64,000 nucleotides of DNA from Nitrospinales bacterium. GTDB taxonomy: Bacteria > Nitrospinota > Nitrospinia > Nitrospinales > VA-1. The notes below the pieces were generated by a model. The model saw only the letters and a list, made by a program, of their open reading frames with translations. It did not search any database and was not told the origin of the DNA. Below are positions 20,534 to 31,615 of this stretch, in pieces. How positions within the stretch are numbered: position 1 is the first letter of the stretch; every line of letters begins with the position of its first letter. The stretch is taken from the NCBI GenBank assembly GCA_965223345.1, contig CBDCWG010000012.1:1184001-1248000 (forward strand). Direction: 5' to 3'. The position numbers were made by a program, and so were the translations under genes.

Positions 20534-20560
20534 AAAGTCCTTCTTGAAGCGGACTTTTTT
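20534..20560 (+). terminator. Terminator-like hairpin inside the trxA leader
   Basis: aaagtcc-ttcttgaagc-ggacttt stem whose right arm runs into a 6-T tract. Confidence 0.45.
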
Positions 20561-20648
20561 GGAATGGCCCCTTCGACCCACCGGAAGGCACTTCGGTGGA
20601 CCGTACTGATTTCCGAGAATCTTTTTTAATTTCACACAGGAGAATTTT

Positions 20649-20999
20649 ATGGCAGCCGGTAAAGTCGCTACCGTTTCCGACGATGAATTCGAAAGCTCCG
20701 TGATCAACAACGGAAAACCCGTTCTGGTGGACTTTTGGGCGGAATGGTGCCAACCCTGCAAAATGCTCGCTCCCACGGTGGAAGAGATCGCCGGGGAGTA
20801 TGAAGATAAAGTGTTCGTCAGCAAGCTCAACGTCGATGACAACCCCAACACGGCCACCAAGTACGGCATCCGCGGGATTCCCACGCTTTTGTTTTTCAAA
20901 GATGGAAAAGTGGTTCAGCAGCTGGTGGGTGTGAAAACGAAAGCGGAGATCAAAAAAGTCATCGAAGAGGATCTGTTGACGCCTTCTCAGACCGCCTGA
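20649..20999 (+). CDS. trxA: Thioredoxin
   Basis: VLVDFWAEWCQPCK and GIPTL motifs. RBS aggag. Confidence 0.95.
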   Translation: MAAGKVATVSDDEFESSVINNGKPVLVDFWAEWCQPCKMLAPTVEEIAGEYEDKVFVSKLNVDDNPNTATKYGIRGIPTLLFFKDGKVVQQLVGVKTKAEIKKVIEEDLLTPSQTA

Positions 21000-21032
21000 G
21001 GTCTGTCACACTTTTAGATCTGAAAAAACTGG

Positions 21033-21067
21033 AAAGCCGGGTTGTGTGTTCTCCCCCGGCTTTTTTT
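21033..21067 (+). terminator. Intrinsic terminator between the convergent trxA and bioB genes
   Basis: aaagccggg...cccggc followed by ttttttt. Confidence 0.7.
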
Positions 21068-21143
21068 CATTTCTTTTTTCTAACACCTTCCCGCAACCGC
21101 AACGCTCCCTCCGTCCTTCGCGTGCAAAGCGCCGCCGCTCGAT

Positions 21144-22151
21144 TCATTGAGAAAACTGAATCGAATCGGCAACCGGTGTGAGGCCCAGCGATTCGATCAT
21201 TTCCCGGTCCTTTTTGGGGTCCTGTCCTTTGGTGGTCAGGTAGTTGCCTCCGAGAATGCCGTTGGCTCCGGCGGCGAACAGTTTCTCCTGATGGTTGCTG
21301 AACACCTCTTCGCGGCCGCCGCACACGAACAGATCCATTTTGGGAAGAACCAGCCGCAACAGCGCGATGGTGAGCAGCGCATCGCGCAGCTCGATGACGG
21401 AAAGGTGATCGAGACCGGTGCCGTCGATGGGTTTTAAAAAGTTGATCGGGAAAGACTGGGTGTCGAGTTCCTTGATGTCGAACGCCAGTTCCACCCGCTG
21501 GGCGTGGCTTTCGCCCATGCCGAAAATGCCGCCGACGCACACCGGCAGCCCCACCTGCTGGGCGTTCTTCACGGCCTGCACTTCATCCTTGTAGCTGTGC
21601 GTGGTGACGATGTTTTTGAAATGGCTGGCCGCCGTTTCCAGATTGTGGTGGCAGCGGTCGAGACCCGCGTCTTTCAGCTCCTGCATGTTTTCTTTGCTCA
21701 TCAGTCCCAGCGAGCAACAGGTCTCCAGCTTGGTTTCCGCCTTGATGCGGCGGATGGCCTGCTTCACTTTTTCCAGCTCTTGCGGGCTGTCCATGGACGT
21801 GCCGGAGGCGACGATGGAAAATTCGTTGGCGCCGAAGGATTCGGCTTCCTTCGCCGCGGCGACGATCTGCTCCACGTCCATGAGTTCGTACTCGGGCGAT
21901 TCGGTCTGAAAGCTGCTGGATTGCGCGCAGAACGAGCAGTCCTCGACGCATTTTCCGGATTTGGCGTTGACGATGGAGCAGATCTTGACTTCATCGCCCT
22001 TGAAGCGGTCGCGGATTTTGTCGGTTCCGAGAAACAGGTAGTCCAGCTCTTCTTGGCTCAACGTTTCCAGCGCCAGCGCCTGCTCCCTGGAGATTCCCTG
22101 CCCGTTGAGGGCGGTGTCGATCATGGAGTCGATCAGTTCTTGTCTCATCAT
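21144..22151 (-). CDS. bioB: Biotin synthase
   Basis: NAKSGKCVEDCSFCAQS, HNLET, GGIFGMGE, and GNYLTTKG motifs. Confidence 0.95.
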   Translation of the reverse strand: MMRQELIDSMIDTALNGQGISREQALALETLSQEELDYLFLGTDKIRDRFKGDEVKICSIVNAKSGKCVEDCSFCAQSSSFQTESPEYELMDVEQIVAAAKEAESFGANEFSIVASGTSMDSPQELEKVKQAIRRIKAETKLETCCSLGLMSKENMQELKDAGLDRCHHNLETAASHFKNIVTTHSYKDEVQAVKNAQQVGLPVCVGGIFGMGESHAQRVELAFDIKELDTQSFPINFLKPIDGTGLDHLSVIELRDALLTIALLRLVLPKMDLFVCGGREEVFSNHQEKLFAAGANGILGGNYLTTKGQDPKKDREMIESLGLTPVADSIQFSQ

Positions 22152-22297
22152 TAAAAATCCGCGGGTTTGCGAAACCGGTTATTAACAGGACCTGCAATCA
22201 TCCGTTTCGCCTCATTCGGTGAATCATTGCAGTGCCTTATGGGTGAAGGATTTCCTGAGATACTACCACTGAAAAGCCCCCCGGAGCAACTTCCGTC

Positions 22298-24385
22298 TCA
22301 TTCGTTATCATATTGCAGGAGCTCGACCAGCGCCTCGGTGGTGGTGACGGGGTTGAGGCAGGTGCCCTGCCGGCACACGTAGGCGGCGGGTTTGCCGTTT
22401 TGCGCTTTGCGCCCGGCCAGAAGCGGGACATCGGCGGCCGCCTGCTGCACTTCGTCGGAGGCGGCGAAGGCGAACACGGCGTTGGGAAAAAACTGCGTGC
22501 GGATGGTCCGCAGCATTTTCCGGGTTTCCGGATGTTCGGGCGGGCCGACGATGGCGACTTCCTTCAGGCCGCCCAGGTAAAGGTGCAGCGCCTGCATCAT
22601 GAAGGAGGAGTTCATGCCGAACTCCATCAGGTCTTCGTAAAACGTCGTGAAGATCCGTTCCGCCCGCCCGATCAGCGCGGGGTCCTGTTTGTATGCGGCC
22701 AGCCGCAGCCAGGCCAGCGCCGCGTTGCTGTTTCCCGAAGGCTCCACGCCGTCGTATCCGGAGGTTTGCCGGACGATCAGGTTTTCCGCATCGTGACCGG
22801 TTTCGTAATATGCGCCGGGGGAGGCAAACCGTTCCTCCACCTGCTGCATCAATTCGGATGCGGCGCGGATGTGCTTGGGATTGTAGGTGGCTTCGTACAG
22901 ATCGAGGCAGGCCACTGCTATCGCGGTGTGGTCGAACAGATAGCCGTCGTAGCGCGCTTCGCCTTCCCGGTGGCGGCGCAGCAGGCGGCCGCGGCTGTCG
23001 CGCAGGTGCGTCAGGATGAAATCCATCGCCTTCTCGGCTTTCTGGATGCGGTCGGCATCGTCGAGCACGCGTCCGGTTTTCGCCATGGCCGTGATCATCA
23101 GACCGTTCCAGGAGGTCAGGATCTTGTCGTCCAGCAGCGGACGGATGCGCTTGCTGCGCGCCTCGAGCAGCAGGCTGCGGGCGCGGGCGATTTCCTGCTC
23201 GGCCATCTCTTCCTGGATTCCCAGCTGTCTGGCGATCTGCTCCAGCGGCTGCGTGACGTTGGGGATGTTCTTGCCTTTGAAGTTGCCGCCTTCGGTGATG
23301 TTGTAATAGGCGACGGCGACGCTTGCGGTCTTGTGCCCGAGGATTTCCTGAAATTCCTTGAGCGTCCACACGTAAAACTTGCCCTCGACGCCTTCGCTGT
23401 CGGCGTCCTCGGCGCTGAAAAACGCGCCGTCTTCGGAGGTCATGTCGCGGTCGATGTAGTGCAGCACGTCGTTGGCGTGGTCTGCGAATTCGGTTTTTCC
23501 CGTCACCTGGAACGCTTCGATCAGAGCGGTGACGAACAGCGCGTTGTCGTACAGCATTTTTTCAAAATGCGGCACGAGCCATTTGTAGTCGGTGCTGTAG
23601 CGCGACAGACCGCCGCCGATCTGATCGTAGATGCCGCCGTTCTTCATCGCCTTGAGCGTGTTTTCGGTCATCTCCAGAGCGCGTGCGTCGCCGGTGCGTT
23701 TGTGATGGCGCAACAGCAGCGACAAGCCCATCGACGGGGGGAATTTGTTCTGCTGCTGGAAGGCAAAGCCGTGGTTCAGGGAATCGTAATGCCGGTTGTA
23801 CAGCTCGACGGCTTTGTCCTCACCTTCGAACGACAGGGTGTCCAGCGAACCGGGCTTCGTCTGCTTTTCCGAGGACTGCTTGATGGCTTTAACCAGCGCC
23901 GCGCCCTGTTTTTCCACTTTTTCGTATTCGTTGTTCCAGGTGTTGGAAAGAAACTGCAGCACATCGCGGAACGAGGGCAGATTGAACCGCCTTTCGGGAG
24001 GAAAGTAGGTGCCGCCGTAGAAGGGAATGCCTTCGGGGGTGACGAAGACGTTGAGCGGCCAGCCGCCCTGCTGTCCCAGGTTCTGCAGCGCCTGCATGTA
24101 GATGCTGTCCACATCCGGTCTTTCTTCGCGGTCCACCTTGATGCTCACGAAATGTTCGTTGAGAAATTTCGCCAGGTGCGGGTCTTCGAAGGATTCGCGT
24201 TCCATCACGTGACACCAGTGGCAGGTGGCGTAGCCGATGCTCACCAGCACGGGCAGGTTTTTTTCCTTCGAGATGCGGAACGGTTCCTCGCCCCAGGGGT
24301 GCCAGTCCACCGGGTTGTGCGCGTGCTGCAACAGGTAGGGGCTTTTCTCGTGCACCAGTTTGTTGGTGTAGGGGTGTGTGTCCAA
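22298..24385 (-). CDS. Thioredoxin-domain / six-hairpin glycosidase-like protein (YyaL/SPATA20, DUF255)
   Basis: [28 protein letters not shown], and [12 protein letters not shown] motifs. Confidence 0.93.
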   Translation of the reverse strand: MDTHPYTNKLVHEKSPYLLQHAHNPVDWHPWGEEPFRISKEKNLPVLVSIGYATCHWCHVMERESFEDPHLAKFLNEHFVSIKVDREERPDVDSIYMQALQNLGQQGGWPLNVFVTPEGIPFYGGTYFPPERRFNLPSFRDVLQFLSNTWNNEYEKVEKQGAALVKAIKQSSEKQTKPGSLDTLSFEGEDKAVELYNRHYDSLNHGFAFQQQNKFPPSMGLSLLLRHHKRTGDARALEMTENTLKAMKNGGIYDQIGGGLSRYSTDYKWLVPHFEKMLYDNALFVTALIEAFQVTGKTEFADHANDVLHYIDRDMTSEDGAFFSAEDADSEGVEGKFYVWTLKEFQEILGHKTASVAVAYYNITEGGNFKGKNIPNVTQPLEQIARQLGIQEEMAEQEIARARSLLLEARSKRIRPLLDDKILTSWNGLMITAMAKTGRVLDDADRIQKAEKAMDFILTHLRDSRGRLLRRHREGEARYDGYLFDHTAIAVACLDLYEATYNPKHIRAASELMQQVEERFASPGAYYETGHDAENLIVRQTSGYDGVEPSGNSNAALAWLRLAAYKQDPALIGRAERIFTTFYEDLMEFGMNSSFMMQALHLYLGGLKEVAIVGPPEHPETRKMLRTIRTQFFPNAVFAFAASDEVQQAAADVPLLAGRKAQNGKPAAYVCRQGTCLNPVTTTEALVELLQYDNE

Positions 24386-24400
24386 AAGAGTCCTGCTTAT

Positions 24401-25663
24401 TTATTGTGAACGGATGGCCTCGAAACGCTCGAAAAAATCCGGGAAGGATTTTTCGACGCAGCGGGGATCTTTGATTCTGACGCCCGGGATTTTGAGACCG
24501 GCGACCGCGAAGCTCATCGCCATGCGATGGTCGTGGTAGGTTTCGATGTCCGCGCCCCGGAGCGTTCCCGGAGTGACGGACAGGCTGTCCGCGCCGGTTT
24601 TCACGGTCGCGCCCAATCGGGTGAGCTCGTTTTCCAGCGCCTGAATCCGGTCGGTCTCCTTGATCCTCAGATTGCCGACCCCCTGCATCACGGTCTCCCC
24701 TTCGGCGAACAGGGCGACCACGGCGAGGGTCTGGACGGCATCGGGCATGCTATTCATATTGATGGTGATTCCCCGCAAAGGGTTTCCCTGAATCCGGATT
24801 TTTTCCGCCGATTTTTCCACGGCGCAGCCCATCTGCTGCAACACGTCCACGAATCCGGCGTCCCCCTGGACGCTGTTGGGGTTGAGCCCGGTGAGGGTGA
24901 GGTCCCCGCCCGTCACGGCGGCGGCGGCGAGGAAGTAGGAGGCGCTGGACCAGTCGGCCTCGACGCGGTAGGTCCGGGGCGCATAGGTGTTTCCGGCGGC
25001 GACGCGAAACAGAGCGTGGCTCTCATTTTCTACAGCGACGCCGAAGGCCCGCATGATGTCGAGGGTGATGTCCGCGTAGGATTTGGAGGTGAGGTCGCCC
25101 TCGATGCGGATGGTGGTGTCGTTGGTGAAATACGGCGCGCACAGCAGAATCGAGGTCAGGTACTGGGAACTTTTGTCGCCGGGCAGGCTGACCGCGCCGC
25201 CGGGAACCGCGCCGCCTTCGATGCGAAGCGGCGGGCAGCGGTTGTCGTTCTCGGAGACGGCGTGGACGTTCATCTGGCGCAGGCATTGCAGCAGGTCCTC
25301 GATGGGCCGCTGCTGCATGCGCGCATCGCCGGTGAGCCGCGTGGTGCCCTGCGCGAGGGCGGAAAACGTGGTCAGAAACCGCATCGTGGTGCCGGCGTTG
25401 CCGACGAAGATCTCCTCATCGGGCGCCTGCATCCTGCCGCCGCGGCCGGTCACCACGAACGCATCGCTTTCCTGTTTTATCGCGATGCCGAAACCCGTGA
25501 GCGCCCGGCTCATGTATTTCGTGTCGTCGCTCAACAGCGGGTTTTCGATGCGCGATTCGCCCTCCGCCAAAGCCGCGATCAAAAGCGCCCGGTTGGTGTA
25601 ACTTTTCGATGCAGGAATGGCGACGGTCGCCGAGATGTTCGTCGCGGGTTTGATTTCGATCAT
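24401..25663 (-). CDS. aroA: 3-phosphoshikimate 1-carboxyvinyltransferase
   Basis: SKSYTNRAL, GNAGTTMR, SSQYL, LRIKETDR, and DHRMAM motifs. Confidence 0.96.
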   Translation of the reverse strand: MIEIKPATNISATVAIPASKSYTNRALLIAALAEGESRIENPLLSDDTKYMSRALTGFGIAIKQESDAFVVTGRGGRMQAPDEEIFVGNAGTTMRFLTTFSALAQGTTRLTGDARMQQRPIEDLLQCLRQMNVHAVSENDNRCPPLRIEGGAVPGGAVSLPGDKSSQYLTSILLCAPYFTNDTTIRIEGDLTSKSYADITLDIMRAFGVAVENESHALFRVAAGNTYAPRTYRVEADWSSASYFLAAAAVTGGDLTLTGLNPNSVQGDAGFVDVLQQMGCAVEKSAEKIRIQGNPLRGITINMNSMPDAVQTLAVVALFAEGETVMQGVGNLRIKETDRIQALENELTRLGATVKTGADSLSVTPGTLRGADIETYHDHRMAMSFAVAGLKIPGVRIKDPRCVEKSFPDFFERFEAIRSQ

Positions 25664-25888
25664 GCGAAGCGTGGGATTCTTAACTGTCGGGAAAAAGGCA
25701 CACTATACCACATCGGCCGGGCCGCTGCCCGCACGGGCGCGTCGTTTGCCCGGCCGTCCGGACGGCGGGTTTTTCCGGGGCCGGGCCGCCCTTGTTTCTG
25801 GATGTCAGGTTTGATATGCTTTCGTTGCCTTTATCCTCCGCAATCAGCTTGCAAGACATTCAATTTAAAGGTTTTTGGTGGTGACCGC

Positions 25889-26179
25889 ATGGAACAGGAA
25901 AAACCGTCTCTGTGGTACCGGTTGTGGGACCACAAATCGGAAAAAGAAAAACAGAGGATCAAGTCGTACATCCCGCTCATCCTCTATACGGTGGCGTTCG
26001 TCTACGGAGTGATCTACCTCTCCATTCTGAATACCGTAAACCGCTACAACAGCGGGGTCACGGTCAAATCCTGGTTCGGCGGCGACCGGCCGGAAGTGAT
26101 CGCGGCGCGGGAAAAAGAAAAAACGCAGATCGAGGAAAGCTTTCATCAGATACGCAAACGGGTCTCCGGGGGCCGTTAG
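25889..26179 (+). CDS. Small single-TM hypothetical protein (96 aa)
   Basis: MEQEKPSLWYRLW...IPLILYTVAFVYGVIYLSIL. It is the C-terminal tail of the 24527 shadow ORF, has an upstream ggtggtg, and is first in a + strand run. Confidence 0.7.
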   Translation: MEQEKPSLWYRLWDHKSEKEKQRIKSYIPLILYTVAFVYGVIYLSILNTVNRYNSGVTVKSWFGGDRPEVIAAREKEKTQIEESFHQIRKRVSGGR

Positions 26180-26229
26180 CCTCAGGCACCAAGTGATCGT
26201 ACGGCAATCTCCACATCGATGAGGATGGA

Positions 26230-26775
26230 ATGAAACGTCTGGTCTACACATTCAATATGTTCTATCTGTTCTCTCTTTCCCTGTGGCTGGCGGGGATGTT
26301 TCTTCTCGGCATCCTGGTCGAGGTCATGGTGCGCGTGACCCTGCGCGAGCAGCCCGAGCTGGGCAGCAAGATCATGAACAAGATCATGGACGTCTACAAT
26401 GTGAACATCATCTACACTTGCATCGGTTTGATTCTGGCGGCGGAACTGGTTCGCTTCCTGGTGTACAAATATGGCAACACAGGGCTTGAGCTTCCAAGGG
26501 TGACGAAGCGCCGTTACACGCGCGAGGTGATTCTGGGGATCATGATCGTTCTGGCGATATACATGGGAAGCGTTCTGCGGCCACAGATGCATGCGGTGGA
26601 CAAACTGAAAAAGGCCAGCCCGGCGGATCAGAAACTGCAGATTCAGTTCGACCGGTACCATTCCCGGCTCACTTGGTTCTATACCGTCAACATGATCCTC
26701 GGATTGTCCTTGTTTTACATTCACGGCAAGGAGATGGTGCGTTTTAGAGAACAACCACAGGATGAAGCGTCCTGA
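26230..26775 (+). CDS. DUF4149/TMEM205-like membrane protein
   Basis: Four TM segments, with LRPQM...FDRYHSR near the C-terminus. Confidence 0.7.
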   Translation: MKRLVYTFNMFYLFSLSLWLAGMFLLGILVEVMVRVTLREQPELGSKIMNKIMDVYNVNIIYTCIGLILAAELVRFLVYKYGNTGLELPRVTKRRYTREVILGIMIVLAIYMGSVLRPQMHAVDKLKKASPADQKLQIQFDRYHSRLTWFYTVNMILGLSLFYIHGKEMVRFREQPQDEAS

Positions 26776-26822
26776 ATGTCTTCCCATCTTTTTCTTTCCG
26801 GATTAAAAGTTGAATCTGTTTG

Positions 26823-27788
26823 ATGTCAAACCGTCTCTCGATCGTTTCCCTCGTTGTCTGCCTGATCCTTTTCTGCACCGCTGGGTTCGTGTTTCCCGCG
26901 TGGGCGTTGCATGTGGGTGACGAGCATGAAGGGGAGCATCATGAACACGACAGCCCTGCCGCCCCGCCCACCAGACCGAAGCACGATTTTTCCTTGATGG
27001 TTAAAATCGCAGAGGGTACGTTCAAGAGAGGCTCCACGTTCGAACAGACCAAGGAGTACCTGCAGTGGTGCCGGGAGTACGACAAGGGCTGCGAACTCTG
27101 GTGGTTCAACGATGAATTTCCCGCCAAGCTGGTTTTTCTCGATAGTTACTGGATCGACATGTTCGAGGTCACCAACCAGGACTATCTGGAGTTCGTGAAA
27201 GCGACGGGGCACCGTCCGGCGCTCGACGATTCCTGCGAAACCGACAAATGCCGGGATGGCAATCTGTGGGAAGGCGCGTCGTTTCCCGAGAGCATTCGCC
27301 GCCAGCCGGTGACGCAGGTGAGCTGGTTCGATGCGAACGCCTACTGCCGCTGGCGCGGCAAGCGTCTGCCTTCGGAGGCGGAATGGGAAAAAGCGGCGCG
27401 CGGGCCGAGCGGCAGCGTCTATCCCTGGGGGCTGGCTTCGCCCGAGGGGCGCGCCACCTACCAGCGCAAATGGCGCGGCGTGTTCACGATGACGGACGTC
27501 GGCAGCTACCCAAACGGCGCTTCGATCTACGGCGTGTTCGACCTTGCCGGCAACGTGTGGGAGTGGGTGGACGACTGGTACCACATGAAATACTACAGCC
27601 TGGGAACCAAGAAAAACCCCAAAGGGCCGGCGAACGGCGAGTTCAAAGTGGTGCGCGGCGGCTCGTGGGTGAATTATCCGGATTCGTTGCGCAGCGCCCT
27701 GCGGCGCTGGAGCCGTCCGGAAGTGCGGTTCAACGACACGGGATTCCGCTGCGCGAAAGATGCCATCGATGAAACCAAAAAGAAGTGA
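26823..27788 (+). CDS. Exported FGE-sulfatase (SUMF1/EgtB/PvdO) domain protein
   Basis: Signal peptide and His-rich linker, then EVTN, RLPSEAEWEKAARG, GNVWEW, RGGSW, and GFRCA. Confidence 0.9.
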   Translation: MSNRLSIVSLVVCLILFCTAGFVFPAWALHVGDEHEGEHHEHDSPAAPPTRPKHDFSLMVKIAEGTFKRGSTFEQTKEYLQWCREYDKGCELWWFNDEFPAKLVFLDSYWIDMFEVTNQDYLEFVKATGHRPALDDSCETDKCRDGNLWEGASFPESIRRQPVTQVSWFDANAYCRWRGKRLPSEAEWEKAARGPSGSVYPWGLASPEGRATYQRKWRGVFTMTDVGSYPNGASIYGVFDLAGNVWEWVDDWYHMKYYSLGTKKNPKGPANGEFKVVRGGSWVNYPDSLRSALRRWSRPEVRFNDTGFRCAKDAIDETKKK

Positions 27789-29430
27789 CGCGCTGACTGA
27801 ACACGAGCGTAACATCCTGGCGCCCTACGTGTCGGATGTTTCGGCCAAGGTGTTCGCGCTCAAGAACCTCAACCCGGAGGTGATCGGCGCGGCGCTGGCG
27901 CGTTACAGCCGCGCGCCGACGGGGCTTAAGGAAACGGTGGCGCGGGAGTTTTTGAATCCGGACGGCACGCCCAACGAGGTCAAGGGCACGGAGCTGATCG
28001 ACCGCGTGGTGAACAAGTTCGGCGACGAGTCGGTGGCCGAACTGGCGGTGGCGCCGCTGTGCATCGAGGATGTGTCCAACCTGATGACCAAGATCATCGA
28101 AGACTGCCGCATCGGCGGTTCGCCGATCGAGGAATCCACCCGCTACGTTCTGTACGACGAGAAGAAAGAAGGGCAGTGGCGCTACGTGCGGCCCGGCAAC
28201 ATCATGCAGTCCGGGCTGAAGGACCGCTTCATCGAGACGATGGAGTTTCTGTTCGAAAGTTACGCCCGTCTGGTCGAACCGATGCAGGAGCTGTTTCGCA
28301 GGCGGTTGCCCAAAGAGCGGTTCGCCATCGAGGTGGAACGGGGAGGCCGGATCGAGAAATGCACGTTCGCGGAACTTGCCGGCGATGGCGAGCGCAAGGC
28401 GCATCGCATTGCCTACAGCTTCACCATTCGCAGCGCCGCCTGCGACGTCATCCGCTGCATTCTGCCGGCCTGCACGCAGGCCAACCTGGGGCTGGTGGGA
28501 AACGGCCGCTTTTACACCGGGCTGTTGTCCAAGCTGCTGACGCAGAATCTGACCGAGGCGCACGCGCTGGCGGAATCCATTCAAACCGCCCTCAACACGC
28601 AGATCCCGACGTTCATCAAGCGCGCGGCGAAAAACGACTACCTTGCGGAAAACCACCGGCGCATGCGCGCCCTGTGCGCCACCCTGTTTGAAGGCGTCCC
28701 CATCGAGAAAACCGATGAGGTGCTTCTGCTTGAGGACAGCAGGGACGAGGCGTTCGATTCGATGCTGGCGTCGATGGTGTTCCCGCATGTCTCGCATTCC
28801 ACACCGCAGATCCGGCGTGTGATCCAGTCGCTTTCCCAGGAAAAACGCATGGAAATCTTCTCCACGTATGTGGGAAAGCGCGAGAGCAAGCGCGACCGGC
28901 CGGGCCGGGCGCTGGAATACGGTTATCCCATCCAGTTCGACCTCATCGCCGGCTACGCGGAATACCGCGACCTGCAGCGTCACCGCATGCTGACCCAGCA
29001 GCGGCAGGACCTGGGGATCGCTCTGGGGTATTCGATTCCGGAGGAGATCCGCGAGGTGGGCGAGGAAGCGCTGGTGCAGGAATGCTTCGACCGTTCGGAA
29101 ACGCTGTACGGCGATCTCAAGCAGGCGGGGCTGCACGAGGAGGCGCAGTACGCGACCCTGTTCAATCATTACATTCGCTGGAACGTGGGGATGAATCTGC
29201 GGGAACTGGGGCATTTCACCGAACTGCGCTCGCAAAAGGCCGGGCATCCCAAATACCGGCGCACGGCTCAGCTCATGGCGCGGCTTTACCTCAAGCGGCA
29301 TCCCGAAATGGCGCCGGTACTCCAGTTTGTGGATCACAACGACTACGATCAAAGCATCGCGCGTGCGGAACAGGAAGCGCGCACGGCCCGCAAAAGCCTG
29401 GCGGCGGGGGTGTTCGACGATCAGGATTGA
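27769..29430 (+). CDS. thyX: FAD-dependent thymidylate synthase, long tandem-domain type
   Basis: ARYSR, FGDESVAEL and EESTRY in the N-terminal half. RDLQRHRM and ELRSQKAGHPKYR in the C-terminal half. Confidence 0.85.
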   Translation: MKPKRSDALTEHERNILAPYVSDVSAKVFALKNLNPEVIGAALARYSRAPTGLKETVAREFLNPDGTPNEVKGTELIDRVVNKFGDESVAELAVAPLCIEDVSNLMTKIIEDCRIGGSPIEESTRYVLYDEKKEGQWRYVRPGNIMQSGLKDRFIETMEFLFESYARLVEPMQELFRRRLPKERFAIEVERGGRIEKCTFAELAGDGERKAHRIAYSFTIRSAACDVIRCILPACTQANLGLVGNGRFYTGLLSKLLTQNLTEAHALAESIQTALNTQIPTFIKRAAKNDYLAENHRRMRALCATLFEGVPIEKTDEVLLLEDSRDEAFDSMLASMVFPHVSHSTPQIRRVIQSLSQEKRMEIFSTYVGKRESKRDRPGRALEYGYPIQFDLIAGYAEYRDLQRHRMLTQQRQDLGIALGYSIPEEIREVGEEALVQECFDRSETLYGDLKQAGLHEEAQYATLFNHYIRWNVGMNLRELGHFTELRSQKAGHPKYRRTAQLMARLYLKRHPEMAPVLQFVDHNDYDQSIARAEQEARTARKSLAAGVFDDQD

Positions 29431-30050
29431 AGCTGTCTCAACTGGAAATTCGCAAGGTGGGGGAGGAACCCCCGGCCCGTACGAGGCCGAGGGGTCCGGT
29501 GAAGAAAGCGATTGAGTTCCAGTATATTTCCGAACTCCGATATTGTCAAGTTCATTTTCGGATGTCGGATTCAGGATTCCCGGCCCGGTAAGCCCCTGAT
29601 TTCAGGTGGTTGCGCTTTGCCTCCTGCCGCTTCGGACCGGGGCGGCGGCACTACGGCATCCCACCGCTTCCCTCCTTCAAAGCGGATTTTTTGATCGCGC
29701 CCGATTGCATTCAAACCGTTCTCAGTCCTGTGAAGCGTCCTCTCGCTGTAAGGGCGGTCTTCAGTTTGTGGCCTCGCTTCGTGTTCCGAACGGGCCGGTT
29801 TTTTTCTGCGACCCTTCCGCCTTTCCCCTCCCGAAAAAAAATTCGCAGAGCCCGCATTTTTTTTATGCGCGGGCGGCTTGATTTTTTTTCAAAAAAAAGT
29901 TTTGCAAATAGTTTAAAACAACATTTTATGTTATGGTATGCGCTTCGGATTTTCAGTGTAGCGGCGTTGCCGTGGAAAATTTTTTATTTTGGATCCAGCA
30001 TCCACGATGGGATTGCGGTGGCTCTGGATCGATGATGAGGGAAAAATACG

Positions 30051-31604
30051 ATGAAAATTGGGGTGCCCAAAGAAGTCCATGCTGGCGAAAAGCGAGTGGC
30101 GACCACCCCCGAGGTCGCAAAGCAGCTCATCAAACTGGGTTTCGAAGTCGCCATCGAATCGGGTGCCGGTGCCGCCGCCGATTATACAGACGCAGCGTAT
30201 GCAGAAGCGGGCGTCACGGTTGTGAACGACACCCGGCAGCTCTGGAGTGACAGCGATATCATTCTGAAAGTTCGTGGCCCCGAAAGGAACCCGGACCTGA
30301 ACGTGGATGAGGTGGATCTGCTCAAAGAGGGTCAGATCTACATTTCCTTCCTGTGGCCGGCGCAAAATCCCGAACTTCTCAAAACATTGGCCGAAAAAAA
30401 AGTGACCGCCCTGGCAATGGACATGGTGCCGCGTATTTCCCGGGCGCAAAAGATGGACGCCCTCAGCTCCATGGCGAACATCGCCGGATACCGGGCCGTT
30501 GTCGAAGCCGCTCAGCATTTTGGCCGGTTCTTCACCGGGCAGATCACAGCGGCGGGAAAAGTCCCTCCGGCAAAAGTCATGGTCATCGGCGCGGGGGTGG
30601 CGGGTCTGGCTGCCATCGGCGCCGCCAAAAGTATGGGCGCGATTGTGCGGGCTTTCGATACCCGGCCGGAAGTGAAGGAACAGGTCGAGAGCATGGACGC
30701 GGAGTTTCTGGAACTCGATTTTGAAGAAGAGGGTTCCGGCACCGGCGGATACGCGAAGGTGATGAGTAAAGAATTCATCGAAGCGGAGATGGCCCTCTTC
30801 GCGGAGCAGGCCAAGGAAGTGGACATCATCATCACGACGGCGTTGATCCCCGGCAAACCGGCTCCGGAGCTGATTCTGGAGGACATGGTCGCTTCCATGA
30901 AAGAGGGCAGCGTGATCGTGGACCTCGCCGCGGAACAGGGCGGCAACTGCAAGCTGACCGAAGCGGGAAAAGTGATCCGGGTGCACGGGGTCTCTGTCAT
31001 CGGCTACACCGATCTGCCGAGCCGTCTGGCGGCGACATCGAGCCAGTTGTATGCAACGAATCTGCGCCACCTGCTCTCGGACATGTGCAAGGACAAAGAC
31101 GGCAATGTGAAAGTGGATTTTGACGACGAAGTGGTTCGCGGAGCGACGGCTGTCAAGGAGGGGGAGATCACCTTCCCGCCGCCTGCGCCCAAACTCTCCG
31201 CGGCGCCGGCCAAACCGGCGGAGCCCGCCAAGCTGCCTGAAGAGCCCAAGGAAGAGAAACCTTCCTGGGTGGGGCCGGTCGTCACGTTCGCGCTTGGGGC
31301 CTTGACCCTGCTGGGAGTGGGGGCCGTTGCGCCTGCCTCCTTCATGGCTCACTTCACCGTATTCGTTCTGGCCTGCTTTGTCGGCTACATGGTGATCTGG
31401 AATGTGACGCCGGCGTTGCACACTCCGTTGATGAGTGTGACCAACGCCATCAGCAGCATCATCATCGTGGGCGCGATCATACAAATCAGTTCTGGAGAAA
31501 CTCTTCTTATGGCGGTGGCGGCGTTCGCATGCCTGATCACCGCCGTCAATATCGTGGGCGGGTTTGCGGTGACACGCCGCATGCTTGACATGTTTCGCAA
31601 GTAG
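30051..31604 (+). CDS. pntA: NAD(P) transhydrogenase subunit alpha
   Basis: [29 protein letters not shown], and [13 protein letters not shown] motifs. Confidence 0.97.
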   Translation: MKIGVPKEVHAGEKRVATTPEVAKQLIKLGFEVAIESGAGAAADYTDAAYAEAGVTVVNDTRQLWSDSDIILKVRGPERNPDLNVDEVDLLKEGQIYISFLWPAQNPELLKTLAEKKVTALAMDMVPRISRAQKMDALSSMANIAGYRAVVEAAQHFGRFFTGQITAAGKVPPAKVMVIGAGVAGLAAIGAAKSMGAIVRAFDTRPEVKEQVESMDAEFLELDFEEEGSGTGGYAKVMSKEFIEAEMALFAEQAKEVDIIITTALIPGKPAPELILEDMVASMKEGSVIVDLAAEQGGNCKLTEAGKVIRVHGVSVIGYTDLPSRLAATSSQLYATNLRHLLSDMCKDKDGNVKVDFDDEVVRGATAVKEGEITFPPPAPKLSAAPAKPAEPAKLPEEPKEEKPSWVGPVVTFALGALTLLGVGAVAPASFMAHFTVFVLACFVGYMVIWNVTPALHTPLMSVTNAISSIIIVGAIIQISSGETLLMAVAAFACLITAVNIVGGFAVTRRMLDMFRK

Positions 31605-31615
31605 GAGGCGATTCG

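Noticed and set aside
22313..24409. 698-aa + strand ORF
   Set aside because: It is the antisense shadow of the YyaL-like gene.
24527..25888. N-terminal part of the 550-aa + strand ORF
   Set aside because: It is antisense to aroA. Only the last 96 codons (from 25889) look like a real gene.
29512..30035. Short ORFs in the thyX-pntA gap
   Set aside because: They have no RBS or motif, and the region is dominated by hairpins and A/T tracts.
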